DNA from: Thermoplasmata archaeon
Lineage (GTDB): Archaea > Thermoplasmatota > Thermoplasmata > Thermoplasmatales > GCA-001856825
DNA: 64,000 nucleotides
Assembly (NCBI GenBank): GCA_021792255.1
Contig: JAJYUZ010000001.1
Coordinates: forward strand, 352,001-416,000
Direction: 5' to 3'
The position numbers and the translations under genes are program-made. The notes beneath the pieces are model-generated. The model saw only the letters and a program-made list of their open reading frames with translations. It made no database searches and was not told where the DNA came from. Positions 10,364 to 19,010 of the stretch are shown here, piece by piece. Position 1 is the stretch's first letter. The number at the start of each line of letters is the position of its first letter.

Positions 10364-11278
10364 GTGAATCAGACAATCCTGTTTTATGGAGATGAGGAGA
10401 TTCTGAAGAGTCTCTCTAAGAGGGGCTCAGAAACCGATATAAGATATTACAACACCAGGATTTCGGGAAACGAAATGACTTTCCTCTACCCCTTCAAATT
10501 CCCCGAGAGGATCCAAACGCTCTTGAACGCTGCATCGGTATCCAACAAGGCAATTTTGGCTGTTAACGAACTTGATAAGAGCGTAGGAGAGTTTTTGCTA
10601 ACGCTGGATTACCACCAGATTAGGAATTTGGGTGTAATATCTGATCCCAATTTAACCGAACAAATTCAGAAGATTGCCACAGGCATGGGAATAAAGGTAC
10701 ACGCGCTTAACCCGAAGTACGAAGACATTGAAAAATTTTCACAGGTACCGCTGGAGGACCCAAAAGCTGAAAACTTGGTGGTACTGGATCAGAGCTTTCA
10801 AGTCAAAGGTGTAGGTACGGTTAGTCTCGGATTCGTGCTTGGCGGTGAGATAAAGAAACACATGGTATTGAAAGCTTATCCATCAGGTAAATCTGTCGAC
10901 ATAAAGAGCATACAAATTATGGATGTGGACATGGAAACTGCAACCCCTTTTTCTAGAGTAGGACTGGCATATAGGAACGCTGAAGTCGATGATGTTCCAA
11001 AAGGTACTTTGCTCTATTCCAGAGAGGGAATAGAATTTACTGATAGCATAACACTTGAAGTCAGGACTAATCCGACCGTTAAGGTGGTTCCTTCGGTAGG
11101 AGACAAGATACAAATTAACTTCCTTTTCAACAACATTAATGCGGAAATCTCTGACATCTCGGAGGGGCGATACCTAATTGATGCGGACAAGAAAGTCCCA
11201 ATTATGGACTCAATCTTCTCAATATCCTCTCTCAACTCTAGCCCAAGGGTGGTAGGAGCTGGGAAACCTGGAAATTGA
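10364..11278 (+). CDS. Archaeal SelB-like (aSelBL) translation factor with degenerate G domain
   Basis: EF-Tu domain II motifs DQSFQVKGVGTVSLG, IKSIQ and RVGLA. No P-loop. Confidence 0.8.
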   Translation: MNQTILFYGDEEILKSLSKRGSETDIRYYNTRISGNEMTFLYPFKFPERIQTLLNAASVSNKAILAVNELDKSVGEFLLTLDYHQIRNLGVISDPNLTEQIQKIATGMGIKVHALNPKYEDIEKFSQVPLEDPKAENLVVLDQSFQVKGVGTVSLGFVLGGEIKKHMVLKAYPSGKSVDIKSIQIMDVDMETATPFSRVGLAYRNAEVDDVPKGTLLYSREGIEFTDSITLEVRTNPTVKVVPSVGDKIQINFLFNNINAEISDISEGRYLIDADKKVPIMDSIFSISSLNSSPRVVGAGKPGN

Positions 11279-11495
11279 AACCAAACTGAAGGTTAAAGGA
11301 AAAGAAGCAGAAATCATCATTCGAGCGGTACTTGAGGATCACAAGAAGTATATGAATTGCAGGAAGACAAAGGAGGGATACCTCTGCACCATTAGGGGTC
11401 AAACCAATGATGTCCGGAAGACGCTCAATGAATTTCTAGAATCCATCTTATACCTGGAGAGAGTGTCAGAAAGCCTCGAAGCCCGAGTGGGGTAG
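11268..11495 (+). CDS. Putative KEOPS subunit Pcc1-like protein (75 aa, non-canonical start; absent from the ORF track)
   Basis: Open frame LEIETKLKVKGKEAEIIIRAVLED...VRKTLNEFLESILYLERV fits the Pcc1 beta-alpha-beta-beta-alpha pattern. CTG 11268 lies 9 nt after GGAG. The stop falls inside the tRNA. Confidence 0.5.
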   Translation: MEIETKLKVKGKEAEIIIRAVLEDHKKYMNCRKTKEGYLCTIRGQTNDVRKTLNEFLESILYLERVSESLEARVG

Positions 11496-11555
11496 TTTGG
11501 ATTATCCTAGAGGCCTGCGGAGCCTCAGACCTGGGTTCGAATCCCAGCTCGGGCG
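11481..11555 (+). tRNA. tRNA-Arg(GCG)
   Basis: GCCCGAG...CTCGGGC acceptor stem, GAGGC-CTGCGGA-GCCTC anticodon arm and GGTTCGAATCC T-loop. Confidence 0.96.
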
Positions 11556-11619
11556 TCTTTCTAGAGCGGTCTGACGGGTCGGTTTACGACAAAAACTAAA
11601 ATACAATTTACAGATAGCA

Positions 11620-12636
11620 TTGAGCAAGATGTCTTTGAGTACAGGGCACGATAAGGTCGCGACAAGATTTTCCTTTTCTGGAAGACTTAAAAGAAATGCT
11701 TCTTTCAAGGTCGGAGTTGTCATAATTGGAATCTATCTGGTCATTTCTTTGTTAGACGTCGCTTACCCGAAATACATTAACGTGAGCAATGCATTTAATT
11801 TGTTTGCCTTTACTAACCCTGGACTTAAATCCGTTGTGCTGACACAACCATCTCCCCCAACACTCAACCATGGCTGGATGTACATATTTGGAACCACAGC
11901 TTATGAGATTCCCATACTTCCCGCTATCCTTGCGTCGATACCGATCGACCTCGGGTATGCTGTACTGATAGCTGGAGTGAGCGCGGTCATAGGCACGCTG
12001 ATCGGAGTAACTGGCGCATTCTTTTCAAGGGAATCAGAATGGCTGATATCGGTCATTTCAAACGCATTTATCAGTTTTCCACTCATCATCTCAGTCGTGA
12101 TTTTCGGCTTTTTGTTTCACTTCACAATACTCTCAATTTTTGCAGGAATAGTAGTGGTACTGTGGGCATATTATGCTCAAATAACTCGGATGCTCACGCT
12201 CAATGTGAAGGCGAAGCAATTTATCGAGGCAGCACGGGCCTCAGGAGCGTCTGACTTGCGCATAGTCTACTCGCACATCGTTCCGAACATAACTACGCCA
12301 ATTCTCATAAGGCTCTCTCTCGACATGGCTACTGTGGTCTTGATCTTCTCGGCTGCAAACTTCATGTTCTGGGCGCAGTTTTTGCCTCTCGCAACGATAC
12401 CAGAACTGGGCAGCCTCATCAATGGATTCCCAGAATTTGGATATCAATTTGGGTATCCAATAGGAGGACCAGTAATGGGGGGGGGCCATTACATTCCTGC
12501 CACTGCTGCCGTATTTCTATATCTGGGATACTGGTGGACCGTCTTGTTTCCCATCTTGTTCTTGTTGGTCCTAGTCATAGGTCTAATAGCACTTTCGGAT
12601 GGCCTTAGAAAAGCTATGGATCCAAGAACCACATAG
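11620..12636 (+). CDS. DppC/OppC-like peptide ABC permease
   Basis: EAARASGASDLRIVYSHIVPN, PELG and DGLRKAMDPR. Confidence 0.88.
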   Translation: MSKMSLSTGHDKVATRFSFSGRLKRNASFKVGVVIIGIYLVISLLDVAYPKYINVSNAFNLFAFTNPGLKSVVLTQPSPPTLNHGWMYIFGTTAYEIPILPAILASIPIDLGYAVLIAGVSAVIGTLIGVTGAFFSRESEWLISVISNAFISFPLIISVVIFGFLFHFTILSIFAGIVVVLWAYYAQITRMLTLNVKAKQFIEAARASGASDLRIVYSHIVPNITTPILIRLSLDMATVVLIFSAANFMFWAQFLPLATIPELGSLINGFPEFGYQFGYPIGGPVMGGGHYIPATAAVFLYLGYWWTVLFPILFLLVLVIGLIALSDGLRKAMDPRTT

Positions 12637-12663
12637 TGCGATGCTGTATATCCCAGAACAATG

Positions 12664-13737
12664 TCAAGTCCGTACGAGCGGATTCTTCGCATAATGGATT
12701 GTGTCTATTGTGATTGCACCGAAGATCAAGATTAGCCCAAGGAGAAATATTGTGACTGCCGTTGGGTAGTACTGACCGTGAGCCATGGTCGTGATGAGAA
12801 ACAGTCCTATCCCAGGATAATCGAACACGTACTCCATCATGACTATGTTGCTGAGTAGAAAGGCTACCATGATGGTCGCAGAAGCCATCACAGGCATTAC
12901 AGCGTTGGGCCTGACGTGCTTTATTTCGATTTGTCTCTCTGGTACGCCGCGACTTCTCGCGCTCCTCACATATTCCGTGCCCATGTTGTCGGTGTAACCG
13001 GCTTCCAAGAGGGAAGTGACGATCGCGGTAATACCAATTACTAACGTTGTGACTGGAAGTACGAGGTGCATAAATGCATTGGCTGCAAGGGTATAATCGC
13101 CGTGTATAAGAGAATCGAACAGGAGCATGTGCGTAGGGCTGGATATCAGCACTCCATTACTCTCCAACCATGCTGGTTTTGGTACTCCTGACGGAAGTGC
13201 GATCGGATTAAACGCGCCAGTAATAGGAAAGACCGCAAGCGGGTTTCCGCTTATCACTCCCTTTCCCAACAGAACCTGGAGAAGCAGACCTACCACGTAA
13301 GCGGGAGTTAGGTAGCCTACGATGACTGCTGACCTTCCGAACTTTGCGAGTCTGTAAGTATGATGTGTGCCGAGGTACCTTCCCAACGGGAACGAGATTA
13401 TCAATGCAATCGGAGCTGCGATGATCACTACTTCAAGAGTAGAAAAGAGATAAATGTCTATAAGCATCGTAAGTGGGCCGCTGTAAGTAGCTTCGGTTCC
13501 TGCTGTGAGATAGCCCCAGTGTCCAATCAAGATATCTACTACGAATATTCCGAAAGCAGTTAGATAAGAAGTAATTGAGTCCGAAAAGGCTGGAAAACCT
13601 GACGAAATAGGACTACCATTTCCTATAAACGAAAACACTACAAATATGAAATAGAGGATGATCAAGATTGTCGGTGGAACCGATGCAAGTCTTTTGAGAA
13701 AGTACGACCACATGCTCATCTTAGACTGTACGACCAA
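12664..13737 (-). CDS. DppB/OppB-like peptide ABC permease
   Basis: YFLKRL, HLVLPVTTL, YVRSARSRGV and EYVFDYPGIG. Convergent with dppC. Confidence 0.88.
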   Translation of the reverse strand: MVVQSKMSMWSYFLKRLASVPPTILIILYFIFVVFSFIGNGSPISSGFPAFSDSITSYLTAFGIFVVDILIGHWGYLTAGTEATYSGPLTMLIDIYLFSTLEVVIIAAPIALIISFPLGRYLGTHHTYRLAKFGRSAVIVGYLTPAYVVGLLLQVLLGKGVISGNPLAVFPITGAFNPIALPSGVPKPAWLESNGVLISSPTHMLLFDSLIHGDYTLAANAFMHLVLPVTTLVIGITAIVTSLLEAGYTDNMGTEYVRSARSRGVPERQIEIKHVRPNAVMPVMASATIMVAFLLSNIVMMEYVFDYPGIGLFLITTMAHGQYYPTAVTIFLLGLILIFGAITIDTIHYAKNPLVRT

Positions 13738-13804
13738 GGTAGAATCGCATAAAGATTTTTTGCCCAGGCAGAAGCAGTACAGACATTGTCATTTCCATGA
13801 TGAC

Positions 13805-14419
13805 TCAGGCCGTCATTGTCAAGATTTCATCGTGGACTAATGCGCTTGGATTCGAAATAGCGATGTGATAGACGTCCATAGCGAACGCGAACTGCCCCGA
13901 GTATCCTGCCACGATAAGCACCATCGAACCAGCACCAGAATTGTTACCAAAAGTACCACCCAATACGATGGCAGTGTACCGGAAATTATTAAATGATTCG
14001 TTCGTCACGGCAACGGAGAACCCTACTCCTTGCTGGTAACCCTGCAGATCTATCATTGCATTTTCGTAGATCTGCGCTACGAACGAAGATGCAGAGGACT
14101 GCGATAAGAATTCGAATGAACCCATTATGAGTTCGCCGTAACCTGATGACCTAACGAAGGATGCAGCTATTGCTTTGATGGGTTTCTCCGAAGACTGACT
14201 GGAAAAGATACTGCTCGTTGCGGGTATCTCGTTTAACCCTACTCCAGATGTATTGTTGACTTGTGAATCGCTGACTATCCCGATGTGGAGAGTAGATAAA
14301 GGATGTAGTGAACCGTTATGACTTTCGATAATTTCAAAGGGAACGAATATTAAAACAGCAACTACTATCACGACTGCGACTCCGGTCACTACGGCACGGA
14401 TTTGTCCGTCAGCATTCAT
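13805..14419 (-). CDS. Membrane-anchored extracellular hypothetical protein
   Basis: Single N-terminal TM helix followed by a Ser/Gly-rich domain. Upstream of dppB. Confidence 0.6.
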   Translation of the reverse strand: MNADGQIRAVVTGVAVVIVVAVLIFVPFEIIESHNGSLHPLSTLHIGIVSDSQVNNTSGVGLNEIPATSSIFSSQSSEKPIKAIAASFVRSSGYGELIMGSFEFLSQSSASSFVAQIYENAMIDLQGYQQGVGFSVAVTNESFNNFRYTAIVLGGTFGNNSGAGSMVLIVAGYSGQFAFAMDVYHIAISNPSALVHDEILTMTA

Positions 14420-14800
14420 AGGTTTATGAAATTAACAAAGAGTAAAAAGATTTCGCAGAGCTTGTTCGCTGGACGAATTCTTGCCATGTTCCAATTTTGC
14501 CTGTAATCCATTAAGATCTAACAAGCAAGTCTGAGGCCCATAATTGTAAGAAATCCATCTAGAGAAATCTAGAGGATTCAGATAGGCACCCTACCCCGAA
14601 TTAGAGTCCACTAAAGAGTAACAAGATAGCATTTAATTAGTCTCAGTTTACGGTCAGGTTGAAAGAAAGGAGAATTACCAAACGATTGGCACAAAGAATA
14701 GGCATCTATACTCACGAAAAACTGGGGTATTGTTGACCGCCGCGGTACTTGGATAAAGTCCTTCGAAATTTACTCAACCTTTGAAACGAGAAGTATTTTT

Positions 14801-15763
14801 TCATCGGCTATGTGATATCACTATAGTATCTCCCCTCAACGCATTTTCAAACTCGGTCTCGAAGATAATGTGCCCTGGATCGTTTCCCGTCCTCTTGATG
14901 ATCACTGGCTCGATTTCCCTAAACCCATCTGACAATCTCTTCTTGATTTTGACATCTTCCCCCTTTTCGAATTCACAGTTTATTCTCAGAAGATCTACGT
15001 CCGAAGGAATCACAATTTGAATTGGCCTGTTCGGAAAATTATATCTATAATTCAAGAACAAGTATCTCTCTTCTGATTTACGCATCGGCCTGTTAAGTGT
15101 AATAGAAATACCTGTTCTATCTGACCCGGAATACAAAACGTTTTCCTCATGTAGTGTGATTTTCTTAGTTTCGTCGAATGCAGATAAGTTTATCTGATTA
15201 AGCGAGTTCAAATCTCCCATAGGTAGAGAAATATTATATCCTGCAATTATGCCTAGACCGAAATTCTTAATGTGAACGAACATTGTAACAAATGTCTCAT
15301 CATGCGTGAAGTCAAATCCGATTGACATACTTGTCGTCTTAATTTCTTGTCCCGATGGACTCCCTGTTTTCTTACCATACAGTACAGTTCCATTCACTGT
15401 CCTTTTGCTCATCAAGTCAAGTTTAAGTAATTTTTTGATATTCCTATAGACGGTAGCTGTTACAACAGGTCTTCCGTATGAATTTTCAAGTAGCGACTTG
15501 ATTTCACCAAATCTCAATTCTTTTTCGCGCAACCGTAAGGAGACAATCTCTTCTAGGGCGTTAAATAATGATCCCTTTGGGGCTTGAGTAATAGAGCTTC
15601 GACTAACTCCATCGCCAGGTTGTCTACAGTAGTGCACTATTCCATTTGCGTGGACGAATTTCAAATAGTGGTATTTTTTTCCTTTAGAGCTAGACGTATA
15701 GTTGATCTTTCTCGCTTGACCACCACAAGCTTGACAGACTTCTAGCACCGCTTTCCTTCCCAT
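14801..15763 (-). CDS. Putative regulator B1: Zn-ribbon + winged HTH + beta-sandwich
   Basis: CQAC...KGKKYHY..VHANGIVHY, Fur-like TATVYRNIKKL and a beta-rich C-terminus. Paralogue of 26487-27419. Confidence 0.75.
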   Translation of the reverse strand: MGRKAVLEVCQACGGQARKINYTSSSKGKKYHYLKFVHANGIVHYCRQPGDGVSRSSITQAPKGSLFNALEEIVSLRLREKELRFGEIKSLLENSYGRPVVTATVYRNIKKLLKLDLMSKRTVNGTVLYGKKTGSPSGQEIKTTSMSIGFDFTHDETFVTMFVHIKNFGLGIIAGYNISLPMGDLNSLNQINLSAFDETKKITLHEENVLYSGSDRTGISITLNRPMRKSEERYLFLNYRYNFPNRPIQIVIPSDVDLLRINCEFEKGEDVKIKKRLSDGFREIEPVIIKRTGNDPGHIIFETEFENALRGDTIVISHSR

Positions 15764-15784
15764 TTAATTGTCAATTACCTTCTT

Positions 15785-15794
15785 CAATATTCAA
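15785..15794 (-). promoter_or_regulatory. Conserved promoter-like box TTGAATATTG upstream of regulator B1
   Basis: Identical 10-mer lies 21 nt before the ATG in both module copies. Confidence 0.55.
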
Positions 15795-15824
15795 ATTTCC
15801 GTTTTCCTAGACTGAAAGTGATTC

Positions 15825-16781
15825 TCAGGAGTGCTTCCATTTGAATTGCAGGACAGAAAATGGCTCGACGTCGGAGATTCTGATACCACTGATGTGTTTC
15901 CACATGGGAGAAGAAGCTTCCATACTGTTATTCGATAACTCTCTGGTTTCATTCCTAGATGCCAGGGTCAAGGATGCACTGAGCTTAATGTCATTATCCC
16001 CAGAAATTGAAAATTGAAAATTGTCCATCCTGGTCGCAGCGGAAAAAACGAATGACATTTTTGGTTCCGGCCACTTATATTCTACCTTAATGTCTCTTAG
16101 TTCTCCGGGGAGGAGCGGGATAGGCATTTTCAAAAGTACTCTCTTGTCCGTGGGAGAATCTTCAATCAGCAGTACTTTAAAATCTTTGGAATTGGAAGGA
16201 TCTGTAGCGTGCAATTCTATATCTTCGAACCTCATATCCACATCTCCTACGTATCTGAATGGAACGTAATAAAGTGGCCAAGAGTGGTCATTTTTGATTA
16301 TGTAAGTGAATACGTGTTTCTTGAATGTATAGTCTTTATCAATGTCCACCAGTCCGATTTTCAGTGAGTTGATTACGAAACTCAAACGATCTTTTGATAC
16401 CGTGTTTATGTAATAGAGACTCCTTCCTCTCTTATGCTTTTCAATCATTCCAATTTTTGCTAGTCTTTCCAAACTGACCTTGATTGAACCAAACCCGATA
16501 TCGGAGAAGTTTTTGACAAGTAGTTTTTTGATATCCTTGTTCCTAAACGTGCCAAGTTTGAAATCTTGAGAGTTAATAGTCTCTATAAGGACCCTCTCAA
16601 GTTCTCCTTTCTTTATGTACTTCTGACCTTTTTGATCCTGGTTTGAATAATGAATGGCTCCTTCGTGATGATAAATGAAGTAATCATAACGCTTGCCATA
16701 TTTGTTCATCACCCATTTACGGGTTACCCTCGCTCGCTCACCGCATACAGGGCAAACCTCCTGACGCTCGCCAAAGGTCAT
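15825..16781 (-). CDS. Putative regulator A1: Zn-ribbon + winged HTH + beta-sandwich
   Basis: CPVC...NKYGKRYDY..YHHEGAIHY and wHTH SLERLAKIGMIEKHKRGR. Paralogue of 25471-26427. ATG 16781 aligns with the paralogue start. Confidence 0.78.
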   Translation of the reverse strand: MTFGERQEVCPVCGERARVTRKWVMNKYGKRYDYFIYHHEGAIHYSNQDQKGQKYIKKGELERVLIETINSQDFKLGTFRNKDIKKLLVKNFSDIGFGSIKVSLERLAKIGMIEKHKRGRSLYYINTVSKDRLSFVINSLKIGLVDIDKDYTFKKHVFTYIIKNDHSWPLYYVPFRYVGDVDMRFEDIELHATDPSNSKDFKVLLIEDSPTDKRVLLKMPIPLLPGELRDIKVEYKWPEPKMSFVFSAATRMDNFQFSISGDNDIKLSASLTLASRNETRELSNNSMEASSPMWKHISGIRISDVEPFSVLQFKWKHS

Positions 16782-16807
16782 CGACAAACAATAGTATATA
16801 GTATAAA

Positions 16808-16819
16808 AAAGTTAGAAAA
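16808..16819 (-). promoter_or_regulatory. Operator half-site TTTTCTAACTTT abutting the TATA-like box of regulator A1
   Basis: Exact copy of one arm of the 16986-17010 palindrome. The core ends 28 nt before the ATG, as in copy 2. Confidence 0.6.
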
Positions 16820-16841
16820 ACTAATCCATTGAAAAGCTGCT

Positions 16842-16937
16842 TTACGCTCCGCCCACGTAGGCTCCACCTAGTGGTCTTACGATTGCGAAGTACGTACTAA
16901 CCACAAGAGCGAGCACCGCTACAATTAGCTCAAACAT
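16842..16937 (-). CDS. Short hydrophobic peptide P1 (MFELIVAVLALVVSTYFAIVRPLGGAYVGGA)
   Basis: SD-like GGGGGAT before the ATG. Ungapped similarity to the peptide at 25312-25413 in the same position of the second module. Confidence 0.7.
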   Translation of the reverse strand: MFELIVAVLALVVSTYFAIVRPLGGAYVGGA

Positions 16938-16985
16938 TTGAATCCCCCATTGTTCTATAATATACTGGTATTTCGATACTACTGC

Positions 16986-17010
16986 AAAGTTAGAAAAGTT
17001 TTCTAACTTT
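16986..17010. promoter_or_regulatory. Perfect palindromic operator AAAGTTAGAAAA-G-TTTTCTAACTTT
   Basis: 12-bp inverted repeat with a 1-nt spacer, 48 nt upstream of the P1 start. Confidence 0.7.
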
Positions 17011-17055
17011 ATAATACTATTGAATAGTCTCATTAAGTTATACAGTTGAAGAGTG

Positions 17056-17240
17056 ATGGAATCTAAAGCGTTAGGTACTGTCAGGGTGATGCGAATTAGC
17101 TCTGTACGGCACCGATCAGAATCGCGAGACGGACAGATTGAGTCAAAAGACGGAGAAATAAGACTGCGGCAGAGTAGCGGGCGCCCTTCGAGGAACCAAT
17201 CCCCCTCCTCGTGTGTGGAGCTAGTTCTCACCGACAGCCT
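17056..17240 (+). other. Divergent structured element (candidate ncRNA or leader), overlapping a weak 139-aa ORF
   Basis: Long-range stem: 17078-17102 pairs with 17218-17237. Preceded by the conserved TATTGAATA box. Confidence 0.35.
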
Positions 17241-17464
17241 TTATTCTCCTAGCTTTCTAGACGTAACAGACGAATTAGAACTTCTAGAGATCGTACGCTC
17301 GGAAGGTATGTACACTCTCGGTTTAGCCGATAAAAAGTGGATAAAATCTAAACCTAACTCTGCGGTCGCTTATAATTCAATGCGTAGAGCAAAGTTCATT
17401 TTAAATCTTGACCCCTCAATTTGGTTCAGTTACGGGACCTTTTCGATTGGAACTGATGTGGAGG

Positions 17465-17890
17465 ATGCCTGAATTGTCTCTAGGCGAGCTGGATTTTGAG
17501 AATGGTAGTGTCCTTAGAGAACAGAAAGATATCAAAGAGAGAGTAAAGGATGACACAAAGCTTCTGGTCTCTTTGCATGATATTGAATTTTCAAAAGAGA
17601 AAGAGGGATATTTAGAGGTAGCTACCGACATTTTCTTCTCGAGACTCCTTCATCTCCTTTATGTACGCAACGTAGAAGCTGGAAAGGATTTCGAAACAGC
17701 GAAAGAGAAAGCAAAGACAGTCCTCATCTCTCAGTTGGAGAAAAAGAAACAAACCCTCCTGACAAAGTCAGTATTTCAGAATGACAGCGCTAAAGATTAT
17801 GGCATGAGAGGGAAGAGATTGTTTCTGCTGAACAAAGCCATCTCGATACTTGAGGCTTACAACGGTGAACCGCCATATTTCAATTACTGA
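17465..17890 (+). CDS. Hypothetical protein (about 141 aa, helical and charged)
   Basis: GGAGG directly before ATG 17465 and coding-like composition. Confidence 0.6.
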   Translation: MPELSLGELDFENGSVLREQKDIKERVKDDTKLLVSLHDIEFSKEKEGYLEVATDIFFSRLLHLLYVRNVEAGKDFETAKEKAKTVLISQLEKKKQTLLTKSVFQNDSAKDYGMRGKRLFLLNKAISILEAYNGEPPYFNY

Positions 17891-18105
17891 GTATGTTTTA
17901 CTTAAGCTAGGGAAAAACCGATTTTATACTTAGTTCTCACCTTGACAGTGGCAGAGAAACAGGCTTTTTATTTTTCCAATCCTTAAGCTCTGTCCCTACT
18001 ATATACTTTGGAAGATGCCATTTCGAAAAATACTAACCTTTCCTAGATAATCAGCACGGGACTTCCAGTTGATTCCCGCGCTTCTCTTTGATTTCGATTT
18101 ATCAG

Positions 18106-18873
18106 TCATCGGGATTTAAGTTGCGTCTCTATCTTACTTATTTTCCTCAAAACTTCTGTAACAAGGGCTTTCGAGCTTTCGAGTTTTTCAGACTTAGCGG
18201 ATACTTCCACCTCGATTTCGGATTCTTCTCCTCCCTTTAACATCGGGTGCGATTTAATGTAAATCTTGCCGTTATATTCCTCCATCAATTCTGTAATATA
18301 TGGAGCGAGTGAGGCTTCATAGATCCCAGTCACCAGCACTGAATCTTCGAAATAAAAGCTATTACTCAGTTTAATCCTATTTTCTATGTGTTTCAACATT
18401 GACCTCATTTCGCTTGGCACTCCAGGAAGGATGAAAATTTTAGTAGATTGCAGATGGTATTCGATCCCGGGAGCAGTCCCTTCAACGTTCCTTATAACGG
18501 TCGATCCTTTTGGTACCAGTGCCATTTTTTCCCTCTCCTTAGTCATCTCAACCCCCCGCTTTTCGATCCTGGCTTTAATTGTTTTATATATCTCTGCGTC
18601 TACGACAATTGGAATTTTGAATTCATCAGCAAATGAGGATACTGTTATGTCGTCAAACGTTGGCCCTAGTCCCCCAGAAGAAACAATCACGTCACAGAGC
18701 CCAACAAGAGATCTGAAAGCATTCCCTATTTCCTCTTTGATATCGGGCACCGATATGCCTCTATGGACGTCATAACCTGCGAAGTAAAGCATTCTACCGA
18801 TCTCGGCTGCGTTGGTATTCACCGTCTTTCCTTTGAGAATTTCATTCCCTATCGTTATGACGCAAGCCTTCAT
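18106..18873 (-). CDS. CinA N-terminal-like molybdopterin-binding (COG1058) protein
   Basis: IGNEILKGKTVNTN, SGGLGPTFDDIT, GTAPG and LPGVPSEM. Confidence 0.9.
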   Translation of the reverse strand: MKACVITIGNEILKGKTVNTNAAEIGRMLYFAGYDVHRGISVPDIKEEIGNAFRSLVGLCDVIVSSGGLGPTFDDITVSSFADEFKIPIVVDAEIYKTIKARIEKRGVEMTKEREKMALVPKGSTVIRNVEGTAPGIEYHLQSTKIFILPGVPSEMRSMLKHIENRIKLSNSFYFEDSVLVTGIYEASLAPYITELMEEYNGKIYIKSHPMLKGGEESEIEVEVSAKSEKLESSKALVTEVLRKISKIETQLKSR

Positions 18874-19010
18874 ATTGAGGTTAGTGTAGACGCAGTCTTA
18901 TTGGTTTCTATGTTTGAACTTTTTATTCCTAATTCAAGACTAAATATTATTTTGGTGCGCTAAAATGTTTCAGTGATAAAACTTTTATTAGCAAAATAAC
19001 TCACCGGTAA

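Noticed and set aside
10364-11278. Selenocysteine machinery
   Set aside because: Fits the known GTPase-degenerate aSelBL family; no tRNA-Sec or in-frame UGA selenoprotein was seen.
16842-16937. Calling the peptides KdpF
   Set aside because: The resemblance is superficial; there is no kdpABC and no PExF terminus.
16938-17231. N-terminal extension making P1 a 129-aa ORF
   Set aside because: It runs through the palindrome and promoters. The SD and homology to P2 support a start at 16937.
11556-18100. Integrated element at tRNA-Arg(GCG)
   Set aside because: Content looks accessory, but I found no integrase and no repeat of the tRNA 3' end.
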